Below, piece after piece: positions 40,583 to 50,318 of a stretch of 64,000 nt of DNA. The DNA is from Nitrosopumilaceae archaeon (lineage in GTDB: Archaea; Thermoproteota; Nitrososphaeria; Nitrososphaerales; Nitrosopumilaceae). How positions within the stretch are numbered: position 1 is the stretch's first letter; each line of letters starts with the position of its first letter. The stretch covers positions 320,001 to 384,000 of the forward strand of contig CBDBCR010000003.1 in NCBI GenBank assembly GCA_965203465.1, given 5' to 3'. Both the position numbers and the translations under genes were made by a program. The notes beneath the pieces were generated by a model. That model had not been told where the DNA came from, did no database searches, and saw only the letters and a program-made list of their open reading frames with translations.

Positions 40583-40672
40583 GGGCCTGCTTGCCGGGGG
40601 GGCGATTTAAGGCCAGGGATGCATGCACCCAGCGCGCCGGGCGGGCGCGCCGGCGGCAATTATTGCCCCCGC

Positions 40673-41479
40673 TCAGGCGCCCACGCGCAGGCCCGGCGAG
40701 CATATGCGCCGCAGCGCCTCCACGCACGAAAGCGCCGCGAGCCGGCTGGTGCGCGGGTTCTCCGAGGGCACGTTTTCCACCTCCACGCGGAGCCTGCCGA
40801 ACCTGCCTTCGGCCTCGACCACGTGCGTGTTGCGCGAGGCGCCCGGATCGGCGACCAGCCTCACCCGCGTGCGCTCCCCGCCTGCCGAGGCCAGCGCGAC
40901 AGAGGCTGCCACGTTGACGTTGGCCGGGAACAGTTTCACGGCCTCGGCGGCGGTCCCCTCAAAGACCGTCGCCGGCCCGTCCAGCTCCGGCTCTTTTCCC
41001 CCGAAGAACGGGGCGCCGCGCAGCGCGGCCGGCGGCTTTGTGGTGGTCAGCGTCACCGAGTCGGCCTCGGCGCGCACGGCCCCCAGGGCGTCGAGGCCGG
41101 CCACGGCGCCGGACGGCACGTAGACGCTGCGCGAAAAGTCCGAGCAGGCCCCGCAGAGCACCTCGCGCACCGCCTCGTCGAGCAGCGCCCCGACGCTCAT
41201 CACCACCAGATCCGAGCGGTTCTGCAGCACGCTCAGGCCCGCGTTCCTGACGGCCTCCTGCGAGGCCGCCTCGACCACCAAGTCGACGGGCCTCGAGGAG
41301 AGCAGGTGGGCGTTGCCGGCCACCTTCACGCCGGGCAGCTTTTCTGCCAGCAGCTTTGAGCGCGAGGCGTCCGCGTCGTACACGCTGTCCAGCTCGGCCC
41401 CGGGGACGCGGCCGGCCGAGACGGCCTCGGCTATGGCCGTGCCCATCGCGCCGCACCCGAGCAGCCCTATCCTGCGCAA
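40673..41479 (-). CDS. nadX: L-aspartate dehydrogenase
   Basis: GCGAMG, VEAAS, SGAVAGLD, FPANVNVA, NPRTS; next to nadA. Confidence 0.93.
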   Translation of the reverse strand: MRRIGLLGCGAMGTAIAEAVSAGRVPGAELDSVYDADASRSKLLAEKLPGVKVAGNAHLLSSRPVDLVVEAASQEAVRNAGLSVLQNRSDLVVMSVGALLDEAVREVLCGACSDFSRSVYVPSGAVAGLDALGAVRAEADSVTLTTTKPPAALRGAPFFGGKEPELDGPATVFEGTAAEAVKLFPANVNVAASVALASAGGERTRVRLVADPGASRNTHVVEAEGRFGRLRVEVENVPSENPRTSRLAALSCVEALRRICSPGLRVGA

Positions 41480-41818
41480 CGCCGGGGGGCCCGGGCGGGC
41501 CGTAATTAACTGCGGGTTTGCAGGCAGGTACGGCCGCCGGGGGCGCGTGCAGCGGAAAAAAACGCATGGTCTGCGCCGCGGTCCGGACGGGCGTCCGGGG
41601 CGGAGCGCGCGGTGCGGGCGGTATCGGCCGGTGGATCGACGTCCGGATCCGGCAGAAAGTCAGGGGCGGCGCGGACGGGCGCTCGGCATATGCGTCGCGG
41701 TTCCATCCAATCCGCGCCGACACCGCGGCTTGCACGAGCGCCGCGCAGCCGGACGTGCCGGGGTTCGCGTCCAAAATCAGATGCCCGCATACGTCATCTC
41801 CAGCCTTCTCGTGTGCGA

Positions 41819-42091
41819 TCACGGACGGTTGTCGCGCATGTACAGTTCTTCGTGATCGCCGATTTTCAAGATGTGTATGGTGCTGTTGTCGTACGATACT
41901 TTGTAGATGACGCGGGTTGACTTCGTTAGGCGGTGTCCAAAACAGTTTTTGTATCTGCCAGTCTTTTGTTCACCCATATGTGTTGGATTGTTGGTGTTTC
42001 TTATCTCGTCAATAAACGCACGATACTTCTTTATTACTTGACTAGATTTGTGTTTTTTGATATTTTTCTTTGCGTCGCTTGAAAGTTCCAT
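41819..42091 (-). CDS. RelE/YoeB-family toxin
   Basis: 90 aa, basic, HRLTKSTRVIYKV...IGDHEELY; AT-rich. Confidence 0.8.
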   Translation of the reverse strand: MELSSDAKKNIKKHKSSQVIKKYRAFIDEIRNTNNPTHMGEQKTGRYKNCFGHRLTKSTRVIYKVSYDNSTIHILKIGDHEELYMRDNRP

Positions 42092-42100
42092 ATTCCAGAG

Positions 42101-42697
42101 TCATTCCTTCATCAAGCGATCAATGTATTGTATATGTTCTTCTATAGAGTGCCCCTCCCAGTTTGCGTTTTCTGATTCGATCTCTTGTATCATGCGTTCA
42201 ATTTCAGGACTGAAACGTACATCCTCTGGACCTTCATCAGTCACTCTGTCCTTTATCCGGCTGTTCTTGGCATATTGCGGATAGTCTGCACATATTTCTC
42301 CGATTAGCTTGTCCAGTGATTTTTTGTTCAGGTTGGTAAACGTCTCGTAAATTCGACCGACGAGATCTCCGTGGTCGTGCAGCAACGACGACAGCCTCTT
42401 GGCGCCCTTTGGCGCAAGGCTGTAAAAGTCCATCGCGCGGCCGCCAAACTCTCTGGATTCGATCTTGAGCAACCCCGTCTTTTCAGCTTCCTGTAGATCG
42501 CATGTAAGATCCATGCTGTACGGACCGTAGTGGTACGCCTCCCAATCCGAATAGAACCCCAGAGGCTTGAGATCGGCCCGGTATAGCTGGTATGCAAGAA
42601 AGCCGTATTTCTGCAGCCGTGTTCTGCCCCTTATGGGGCCTGGTTGATGAGAAAGACTATCCTGTCCGTTCCTTCCAACGGTTGCCTTTCCCGGCAC
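42101..42697 (-). CDS. DUF4065/SocA-like wHTH protein, putative antitoxin (5' end possibly frameshifted)
   Basis: IRGRTRLQKY...YHYGPYS motif; acidic C-terminus; 9 nt upstream of toxin. Confidence 0.7.
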   Translation of the reverse strand: MPGKATVGRNGQDSLSHQPGPIRGRTRLQKYGFLAYQLYRADLKPLGFYSDWEAYHYGPYSMDLTCDLQEAEKTGLLKIESREFGGRAMDFYSLAPKGAKRLSSLLHDHGDLVGRIYETFTNLNKKSLDKLIGEICADYPQYAKNSRIKDRVTDEGPEDVRFSPEIERMIQEIESENANWEGHSIEEHIQYIDRLMKE

Positions 42698-43214
42698 CCA
42701 TATTTGAACCGCGGACTCGGGTCGATTGAGGCCGCGCCTAGTCCGCTTCGGCTAGGCGCGCGCGGCGCCGTTGGGGCGCCGGCCCAGCTCTGCCGCGCGT
42801 CTTTGCCCCAGCCGCCCGCGCGGCGGGGGCGAGCCGGCGTTCTGCGCTGCCGCCTCGAGATTTAGCTCCGAGATCTCGCGCTCGTATCCCAGGAACCGTG
42901 CTTCCGAGCTGCTCGTTCTCGGGCGAGACCCCGACGAGATCCCTGCGCACTGGCGGTCTCCGGCACGGGCCTGCGCCGGATCCGGAGATCAACAAACACA
43001 GCCGGTCAAAAAAACTACAGCCAAGTGCCGAAAATCGACCCGGCCGGTCCCCGGCAGCCCGAACCGAGACGGGCGCACCCGACCGCCGGGCTCTTGCCGC
43101 TACCCGCCGCGCCCGTTCCCGGGGCGGGGCATCGCCGTGCGGCCCCCGGGCCGGAAACGGCGCCGCGCCCCGCCCTGTCCAGAATTTATATGGCAACGCG
43201 CGCGTGCCGGCCGC

Positions 43215-44018
43215 ATGGCGTCCAGGATGGATTCGGACTTTGCGTACGTAGACGGCAGGGGCAACGTCATGCGCTCGCGCGCGGAGCTGGCCGTGGCGCG
43301 GATGCTGTCCTTTCTGGGGATAGAGTACGAGTACGACGCGCCGGTCGGCGGCTCGGGGCTGCGCGCCGACTTTTCGACAGGCAGGGGCCTCATCGAGGTC
43401 GTCGACTCCGAAGAGGACGCCGAAAAGTACCGGCGCATAAAGGCCGAGCTGCCCGGGGGGCGCGTGGCCGCGGTCGGGCGCCCGCGGCACGGCGCCAAGG
43501 CCGGGGATCTGCGCGAGATATCGTTCTACGAGGACGAGCCGGAGTCCGGCTCCATATTCATCGAGGACCCCTCGTTCGCGTTCGACTACGCCCACATACT
43601 CCCCCTGGTCGAAAAGTGCTCCATACTGCACGGCCACACGTCCTCGATAATGGTGGAGCTTGCGGGCCGCATGACCGACAACCTCGTGATGGACTTCGGC
43701 GAGGCCAAAAAGATGATACGCTCGGCCGTCGCCCGGTTCGACCACAAGTTCTTCATCAACGAAAAGTACCTAAAGTCCAGCGAGGGTGGCCACTACCGCG
43801 TGGCCTTTGACGGCCCGCGCGGCGCGTTCGACCTGACCGTCCCGGCCGACACCGCCTACCTCCTGCGGGGCGAGGCCACCGTCGAGAACCTCTCCTCGGA
43901 GCTGGTGCGGATACTGACCCCGATGCTGCCCGGCAACATAGAGGCCGTCGGCGTGTACATTTACGAGGGGCACAACAAGGGCTCGCACATCATATCGAGC
44001 GTGGCAAGGGGCGGATAG
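43215..44018 (+). CDS. QueD/PTPS-family protein with extra N-terminal domain
   Basis: AHILP...CSILHGH, MDFGEAK, DHKF, TVENLS; TTTATA at 43185-43190. Confidence 0.88.
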   Translation: MASRMDSDFAYVDGRGNVMRSRAELAVARMLSFLGIEYEYDAPVGGSGLRADFSTGRGLIEVVDSEEDAEKYRRIKAELPGGRVAAVGRPRHGAKAGDLREISFYEDEPESGSIFIEDPSFAFDYAHILPLVEKCSILHGHTSSIMVELAGRMTDNLVMDFGEAKKMIRSAVARFDHKFFINEKYLKSSEGGHYRVAFDGPRGAFDLTVPADTAYLLRGEATVENLSSELVRILTPMLPGNIEAVGVYIYEGHNKGSHIISSVARGG

Positions 44019-44024
44019 GCAACG

Positions 44025-46322
44025 ATACGGGAAAAGGCGTGGAACCCGGGCCTCGAAAAGGCCGTGCTCGAAAAGTGGCGCAAAGAGGGCACGTACAGGT
44101 TCGAGCCGGGGGCGAAAAACTACACCATAGACACCCCGCCGCCGTACCCGTCGGGCAGGCCCTGGCACATCGGGGCCGCGGCGCACTACGCCCAGATAGA
44201 CATGATAGCGAGGACCGCCCGCATGTCCGGCAAGAACGTGTACTTTCCGGTGGGCATCGACCGCAACGGCCTGCCCGTAGAGCTGTACACCGAAAAGAAG
44301 CACGGCATACGCATGCAGGAGACCGAGAGGGGCAGGTTCTTGGAGCTGTGCAGGGAGGCGCTAGACGACCTGGAGGAAGAGATGATACTGACGATGAGGA
44401 ACCTCGGCCTGAGCGGGGATCTGGACGGGCACTACCGCACCGACTCCAGAGAGTACCGGGCCCTCACGCAGGCCACGTTCATAAGACTGTGGAAGGACAA
44501 GAGGGTGTACTCTGCCACGCGGCCCACCAACTACGACTGGGTCTCGGGCACCACGATAGCCGACGCCGAGATATCCTACCTCGAGCTGCCCTCCAAGCTT
44601 GTCCACATGAGGTTCGAGCACGAGGGGGGCAGCGTCACGGTGGCCAGCACCAGGCCGGAGCTGCTCTGCGCGTGCAGGGCCGTCATCGTCAACCCCGAGG
44701 ACGAGAGGTACTCTGGCGCGGTGGGGCGCGCCGTCAGGGTCCCGCTCACGGGAGCCGAGGTCCCCGTGCGCGCGCACAGCTCGGCAAAACGGGACTTTGG
44801 ATCCGGCGCCGTGATGATATGCAGCTACGGCGACCAGCACGACGTGGCCCTGTTCCGCGAGATGGGCCTGGAGGAGGTGCGCGCCGTCGGCACCGACGGC
44901 AGGATGACGGACGCGGCCGGCAAGTACTCGGGGATGCGCCCCAAAAAGGCCAGGGAGGCCGTCATCGCCGACCTGGAGGAGGCCGGCCTCGTGGAAAAGA
45001 CGGAGCAGATAACCCACCGCACGCCCGTCTCGGAGAGGACAAAGACGCCCGTCGAGATAGTGCCCCTCGAAGAGTACTATGTCAGGCAGACCGACCGCGT
45101 AGAGCAGATGCGCTCCGTCTCCGATCTGGTATCGTTCTTCCCCGAGAGGCACAGGCAGATACTGCACAACTGGCTGGACTCGATAGCCATAGACTGGCCC
45201 GTCTCGAGGCGCAGGTACTACGGCACCGAGATACCCGTCTGGTACTGCACGGGGTGCGGCGAGCCGCACGTGCCCGAGCCTGGGAGGTACTACCAGCCCT
45301 GGAGGGAAGAGTGCCCGGCGGAAAGGTGCCCCGAATGCGGCGGCTCGGAGTTCCGCGGCGAGGAGCGCACGTTCGACACGTGGATGGATTCGAGCGTCTC
45401 GCCCCTCTTCGTTTCCAGGTACGGCGTGGACGAGGAGTTTTTCAGGGCCACGTACCCCGCCTCGCTGCGCCCCCAGGCCAAGGACATCGTGCGCACGTGG
45501 CTTTACTACACGCTGCTGCGCTGCACCGAGCTTACCGGCCGCGTCCCGTGGTCGGAGGCGTGGATAATGGGGTACGGCCTCGACGAGCGCGGGCTCAAGA
45601 TGAGCAAGAGCCGCGGCAACGCCATCGACCCCCTGCCGCTGATAGAGAAGATGGGCGCCGACACGTTCCGCTTCTGGAGCGCAGGCGAGATAGGCCACGG
45701 CTCGGACTTTAGGTGCAACGAGCAAAAGATAGAGTCCACCAAAAAGTTCCTCAGCAAGCTGTGGAACGTGGCGCGCCTGGTCTCGGGCTTCGAGCGGCGC
45801 GGCCCCGGCGAGTTGCAGGACGCGGACAGGTGGATACTGGCCGAGCTGGACCGCCTGGTGGCCGAGTGCAGGAAGGGGTATTCAGAGTACAACTTTTTCG
45901 TGCCGGCCGTGGCCGTGCGCGAGTTCGTCTGGAACGTGTTCGCGGCCCACTACCTAGAGATGGTCAAAAAGCGCGCGTACGGCGAGGGCTCCGAAGGGGG
46001 GCGCGACGCGGCCGTCGAGACTATGCACCGCGTGCTCTCCGCGGTGCTAAAGCTGCTCGCCCCCATCGCCCCGTTCATAACCGAGCACCTCTGGCAAGAG
46101 CTGTACTCTGACGGCGAAAGCGTGCACCTGCAAGAGCTGCCCTCGCCGTCGGGCAACCCCGGCCCCCCGGTCTCGGGAGAGCGCATCTACGCGTTCAACT
46201 CGTCTGTGTGGAACGCCAAAAAGGAGCGCGGCCTGTCCCTCAAGGACCGGATAGACGTGGAGGTGCCCCACGAGCTCCGGGGCGTGGCGGCGGACCTGCG
46301 CGCCATGCACAACCTGCCATGA
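44025..46322 (+). CDS. valS: Valyl-tRNA synthetase (start codon unclear)
   Basis: IDTPPPYPSG, HIGA, DWPVSRRRYYG, KMSKS. Confidence 0.95.
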   Translation: MREKAWNPGLEKAVLEKWRKEGTYRFEPGAKNYTIDTPPPYPSGRPWHIGAAAHYAQIDMIARTARMSGKNVYFPVGIDRNGLPVELYTEKKHGIRMQETERGRFLELCREALDDLEEEMILTMRNLGLSGDLDGHYRTDSREYRALTQATFIRLWKDKRVYSATRPTNYDWVSGTTIADAEISYLELPSKLVHMRFEHEGGSVTVASTRPELLCACRAVIVNPEDERYSGAVGRAVRVPLTGAEVPVRAHSSAKRDFGSGAVMICSYGDQHDVALFREMGLEEVRAVGTDGRMTDAAGKYSGMRPKKAREAVIADLEEAGLVEKTEQITHRTPVSERTKTPVEIVPLEEYYVRQTDRVEQMRSVSDLVSFFPERHRQILHNWLDSIAIDWPVSRRRYYGTEIPVWYCTGCGEPHVPEPGRYYQPWREECPAERCPECGGSEFRGEERTFDTWMDSSVSPLFVSRYGVDEEFFRATYPASLRPQAKDIVRTWLYYTLLRCTELTGRVPWSEAWIMGYGLDERGLKMSKSRGNAIDPLPLIEKMGADTFRFWSAGEIGHGSDFRCNEQKIESTKKFLSKLWNVARLVSGFERRGPGELQDADRWILAELDRLVAECRKGYSEYNFFVPAVAVREFVWNVFAAHYLEMVKKRAYGEGSEGGRDAAVETMHRVLSAVLKLLAPIAPFITEHLWQELYSDGESVHLQELPSPSGNPGPPVSGERIYAFNSSVWNAKKERGLSLKDRIDVEVPHELRGVAADLRAMHNLP

Positions 46323-47095
46323 CCGACGCGCGCTCCATAAAGGCGAGGTTCGCGGCCGCCTACGGGGGCAGCGCCCACCTGCGCGAGGCCGTGCCCCACG
46401 AGTATCCGGGCGCGCCGGCCGGCCGCCTGGAGATGCTCCACGAGTTCGCGCGCGCCTCGCCCATCTACCACAACTCGTTCGCGATGGATCTTGGCGTGCC
46501 CTGCACCGCCTACGAGGGCGACATCAGCGGGCACTGGATAGACAGCACAAAGCACGACGCGAGCGCCCAGCCGTTCTACCCCACCTGGATCCTCTCGGCG
46601 TACCTCGCGGCCGCCGAGGCCGCGCGCCTCGGCGCGCGCCAGTCCGTCGACGTGGGATCGGGCGACGGCAGGGTGGCCTACGCGTGCGCGCTGGCCGGCA
46701 TGGAGTCGCACGGCGTGGAGCTGGACCCAGGGCTGTGCGCCCTGCAAAAGTCCGTCTCGGAGGGCACCGGCGTGGGGTTCGGCGTGCACTGCGCCGACGC
46801 GGCCTCGTTCGACTATTCGGCGCTGGGCCTGCGCCGGCCGGCCGTGTTCATAGGCGGGCTGCCGCAGATGGGGGAGGGCCTGGCCGAGGCCGTCGTGGAG
46901 TCGGTCCTCGGCCTCGGGCTGGACCGCCCCGTGTTCGTGCTGATGGGCAGCCGCGAGCGCAGGGCCCTGGGCCCGGGCGGCTCGTGGGACGGCCTCTTGG
47001 AAAAGGCCGGGCTGGCGGCAAAGTCAGTCCTGGAGCTTCCCACGTCGTGGACCATGGACAGGGCGCGCGACACCCCGTACATCTACGCCTACTAG
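46319..47095 (+). CDS. SAM-dependent methyltransferase-like protein
   Basis: VDVGSGDGRVA, GVELDP; ATGA overlap with valS. Confidence 0.78.
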   Translation: MTDARSIKARFAAAYGGSAHLREAVPHEYPGAPAGRLEMLHEFARASPIYHNSFAMDLGVPCTAYEGDISGHWIDSTKHDASAQPFYPTWILSAYLAAAEAARLGARQSVDVGSGDGRVAYACALAGMESHGVELDPGLCALQKSVSEGTGVGFGVHCADAASFDYSALGLRRPAVFIGGLPQMGEGLAEAVVESVLGLGLDRPVFVLMGSRERRALGPGGSWDGLLEKAGLAAKSVLELPTSWTMDRARDTPYIYAY

Positions 47096-47700
47096 GTGCC
47101 GTGTATCGAATCGCCGTACGTGCCCTCTATGGACGAGCTCGACACGTCCGGCATGGGCGACTGGAGGCGCGCGACGGTCACGCCCAGCTTTAGCTTTTTG
47201 CACCCGTCTATGATTGCGCGCTCCTGGTGGACCTGGTCGTACCCGAGCGCGATTATCTGCGGCCGTATGCGCGCGACGGTCCTGAATATGTCCTCGTCGT
47301 CGCCGACCACGGCCGCGTCGGCCAGCCGGAGGGCCCCCACCAGATCGCGCCGCTGCTCCTGGCTGTGCAGCGGCCTGCGGCGCTTCATCTTGACGGCCGT
47401 CTTGTCGGTGGCGATGACGACCACCAGCACGTCGCCTAGGCCGGCCGCCTCGCGGAGCGTGTGTATGTGGCCGGGGTGTATGATGTCGAACACGCCGCCT
47501 GCCAGGACAACCTTGATCTTTGAGGAGCCCTTTTCGGTCGGCCGCCTGTCGGGGCCAACGAGGCCGTCGCGCGCCATGTACACGAGCCTCTCGCGCACGC
47601 CGTCGGCGTCGGGCATCGCGCGCAGCGCCGGCTCGGGATCGCGCCCCTCAAGTGCCGCCACGTACAGGCGCGCCAGTATCCGCCTGTCCGTAGAGTCCAC
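47092..47700 (-). CDS. ribL: FAD synthetase / cytidylyltransferase family
   Basis: GGVFDIIHPGH, PQIIALGYDQ, SSSSI. Confidence 0.8.
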   Translation of the reverse strand: MDSTDRRILARLYVAALEGRDPEPALRAMPDADGVRERLVYMARDGLVGPDRRPTEKGSSKIKVVLAGGVFDIIHPGHIHTLREAAGLGDVLVVVIATDKTAVKMKRRRPLHSQEQRRDLVGALRLADAAVVGDDEDIFRTVARIRPQIIALGYDQVHQERAIIDGCKKLKLGVTVARLQSPMPDVSSSSIEGTYGDSIHGT

Positions 47701-47788
47701 GCGCAGCGCCAGCCGGCCCCGTTTGATTAACCCATCGGGCCGCGCGCAGGGCCCCCGCCGAAGCGCGCAAAAATAAGTGGTTTGGGGA

Positions 47789-48124
47789 CTAGCCCCTTCC
47801 CATCGCGGCGTACTTGCCGGAGCGCGACCTTATGAAGAACGCTGCCGCTATGCCCCCGAAGATAGCCCCGGATATGATGGACGCGCCCACGACGCCGTTG
47901 GCGTCAAGGTACGGCGTGCCCGAACCGGTCTCTGGGTTTTCCATCGCGAGCGTGACGCGCCTGCTCTGAAGCTCTAGGGCCTCTTCGAGCGTGTTTTGCC
48001 CCGTCTCTCCCTGCGAGCCGACGTTGCCGAGGTACTGCGCGTGCGCGACCCCCGCAAAGCCCATGCTCGCCGCCAGCGTGGCGGCCACCAAGCCGCCAAG
48101 CAGTACAGATCTGGTCATAGCCAT
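47789..48124 (-). CDS. Small membrane protein (signal peptide plus C-terminal TM helix)
   Basis: Two hydrophobic segments; TTAAAT upstream. Confidence 0.75.
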   Translation of the reverse strand: MAMTRSVLLGGLVAATLAASMGFAGVAHAQYLGNVGSQGETGQNTLEEALELQSRRVTLAMENPETGSGTPYLDANGVVGASIISGAIFGGIAAAFFIRSRSGKYAAMGRG

Positions 48125-48234
48125 CGGGCCGGATCCCGGCCGGCTCCTATTTAACCCTTGGGCAGATCAGGCCCGATCGCGCGGGGCCGCGCCCCGATCC
48201 CAAGGTTTAATTCGGCAGATCGGGGCGCGCGCGC

Positions 48235-48753
48235 GTGGGAAGGCTACACAGCCACAGGCACGGCAAGTCGCACTCGATAAGGCCTGTGAATCCAGACGCG
48301 CTGTCGATCGGTCAGTCCCCCGAAGAGAGAAAAGCGGTGCGGGACGGGATCCCCCTGCTCGGTTTGAAGCTGTCGTGGGTGAAGCAGTCCCCCGAAGAGA
48401 TAGAAGCCCTGATAGTAAAGTACGCAAAGGACGGCATGACGCCCAGCCAGATAGGCGTAAAGCTGCGCGACCAGCACGCCGTCCCCCTCGTAAAGCCGGT
48501 CCACGGCAAGACCATGTCGGAGATACTGCGCAAGCACAAGATGGAATCCGAGATGCCCGAGGACCTGGACAACATCGTAAGAAAGGCCGTCGGGCTCCAG
48601 CGCCACCTAAAGGCCAACAGGGGCGATCACCGCAACGTAAGATCGCTGGAGCTCATAGAGGCCAAGGTGCACAGGCTCGCAGTCTACTACAAGCGCATAG
48701 GCCGCATACCGCAAAACTGGAAATACAAGTCGGTCGTGGCCCAGCTGGAGTGA
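48235..48753 (+). CDS. rps15: 30S ribosomal protein uS15 (S15P/S13e) with N-terminal insertion
   Basis: MGRLHSHRHGKSHS, PSQIGVKLRD, PEDL, IEAKVHRLAVYYK. Confidence 0.96.
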   Translation: MGRLHSHRHGKSHSIRPVNPDALSIGQSPEERKAVRDGIPLLGLKLSWVKQSPEEIEALIVKYAKDGMTPSQIGVKLRDQHAVPLVKPVHGKTMSEILRKHKMESEMPEDLDNIVRKAVGLQRHLKANRGDHRNVRSLELIEAKVHRLAVYYKRIGRIPQNWKYKSVVAQLE

Positions 48754-48754
48754 C

Positions 48755-50095
48755 ATGCTCGAAGAGCCGGTCGCGGCGCTGCGCGACCTAGTCCTCGATT
48801 CTGCCAGATCCTCCAAGCACGTGTGCGTGCTGGCCCACGCCGACTGCGACGGGCTCGCCGCCGGCGCGGTGCTCGGCGCGGCGGCCTCCCGCGCGGGCGC
48901 CGGCGTGACGGTGCGCGCCGTGCGCCGCCTGGAGCCGGGAGACATCTGCGGCCCCGTAGCCGTCCTGGCCGACCTGGGGGCCGGCATGTCCGCCGAGCTC
49001 GATTCGAAACTGGGCGACTCGTGGGCAGTCGTGGACCACCACGAGATCCCCGAATCCGAGATGGACTGCCCGCGCGTGGCCAACCCGCGCAGGGAGGGGG
49101 CGGACGGATCCAGCGCGTGCTCGGGCAGCATAGCCTGCATGGCCGCGGGGGCGCTGGACTTCGGCGGCGCCGAGTGGGCCGCCGTCGTGGCGGCGCTCGG
49201 CGACGGGCACGATTCGGGCGAGGGCCGCGAGCTTGGCGGCGCCGACGGGGAGATCGCCGCAAAGGCGGAAGAGTCGGGCGCGGTGCGCAAAGAGCGCGGC
49301 ATGCTGCTCTCGGGCCGCGGCACCAGGCCCATAGCCGAGGCCCTCGCGTGCACCACCAGGCCGTTCATGGAGGGCGTGACGTGGAACGAGCAAGAGTGCG
49401 CCAAGATAGTGCGGCACGCGGGCGTCGAAAAGTCCGAGGGGGGCCGCATGCGCGTGCCCGCCGACATGTCCGGGCAGGAGCAGTCGGCCCTGTACGACGA
49501 GGTGCGAAAGCGCGCCGGCGTCGGCCCGGATTCGGGCGCCGCGTACGTGCTGCCGTCCGAGGATCCGCGCGGCCCGCTGAGGGACGCGCGCGAGTTCGCG
49601 GCCCTGCTGTCGGCGTGCGGCACGCGCGCGCCGGGCGCGGCCGTCTCGCTGTGCATGGGACAGAGAAGCGGCGCGCTCGAAGAGGCGTCCGGCGCGCTGG
49701 AGCGCCACCGCGCCCAGGTGAGGGATCACATCGCCGCGCTGCGCGGCGAGAGGTGGAGGATAGACGGCAGCGGCCCCCTCGTCATGGTCAACGGCGACGG
49801 CGTGGTGCCCGAAGAGATGACCGGCGCGGTCTCTGCGGTGATAGCCGGCTCGGCGCGCAGCTCCGGCAAGGTGGTGCTGCTGCGCACGCAGGACGGCGAA
49901 GAAGTCAAGTTCTCGTCCAGGAAGGCGCCCGGCTGCGGGCCCGAGCCGGATCTGCACGAGCTGATGCGCGAGGGCGCCAGGCGGTGCGACGGGTCCGGCG
50001 GCGGCAGGCGCGCCTCGGCCGCGGCGCGCATATCCAAAGACAGATTAGACGACTTTCTGAGGTACGTCGAGGGCAATGTCAAGGTGCAGGGTTGA
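48755..50095 (+). CDS. DHH/DHHA1 phosphoesterase (RecJ-like)
   Basis: HADCDG, ADLG, VDHH, KFSSR, GGG; usual position after rps15. Confidence 0.9.
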   Translation: MLEEPVAALRDLVLDSARSSKHVCVLAHADCDGLAAGAVLGAAASRAGAGVTVRAVRRLEPGDICGPVAVLADLGAGMSAELDSKLGDSWAVVDHHEIPESEMDCPRVANPRREGADGSSACSGSIACMAAGALDFGGAEWAAVVAALGDGHDSGEGRELGGADGEIAAKAEESGAVRKERGMLLSGRGTRPIAEALACTTRPFMEGVTWNEQECAKIVRHAGVEKSEGGRMRVPADMSGQEQSALYDEVRKRAGVGPDSGAAYVLPSEDPRGPLRDAREFAALLSACGTRAPGAAVSLCMGQRSGALEEASGALERHRAQVRDHIAALRGERWRIDGSGPLVMVNGDGVVPEEMTGAVSAVIAGSARSSGKVVLLRTQDGEEVKFSSRKAPGCGPEPDLHELMREGARRCDGSGGGRRASAAARISKDRLDDFLRYVEGNVKVQG

Positions 50096-50318
50096 GGTCA
50101 GGCTGCCGGGCCTGCCCGACGGCGCCGCGCGCGCCGCCTCGGAGGCGCTCGAGGCGGACAACGTGGGCTTTCCGCCCGGCCAGTCCATGGAGGTGCGCGC
50201 AGGACAAGACTCGCTCGAGATCGACTTCAGCGCGGACGGCAGCATCGCCTCGCTCGCTTCCACCATAGACGAGGTGCTCTCGCACGTGCAGGCCTCGCTG
50301 GGGGCGACAAGATGCTAG
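50076..50318 (+). CDS. pcc1: KEOPS complex subunit Pcc1
   Basis: ALEADN motif, 80 aa, between DHH gene and serS. Confidence 0.75.
   Translation: MSRCRVEVRLPGLPDGAARAASEALEADNVGFPPGQSMEVRAGQDSLEIDFSADGSIASLASTIDEVLSHVQASLGATRC

Noticed and set aside
42771-43214. Long N-terminal extensions in the ORF track (also 6999, 11303, 25607, 27562, 32808, 53192, 56766)
   Set aside because: They overlap neighbouring genes or lie upstream of TATA/SD-supported starts and lack family motifs.
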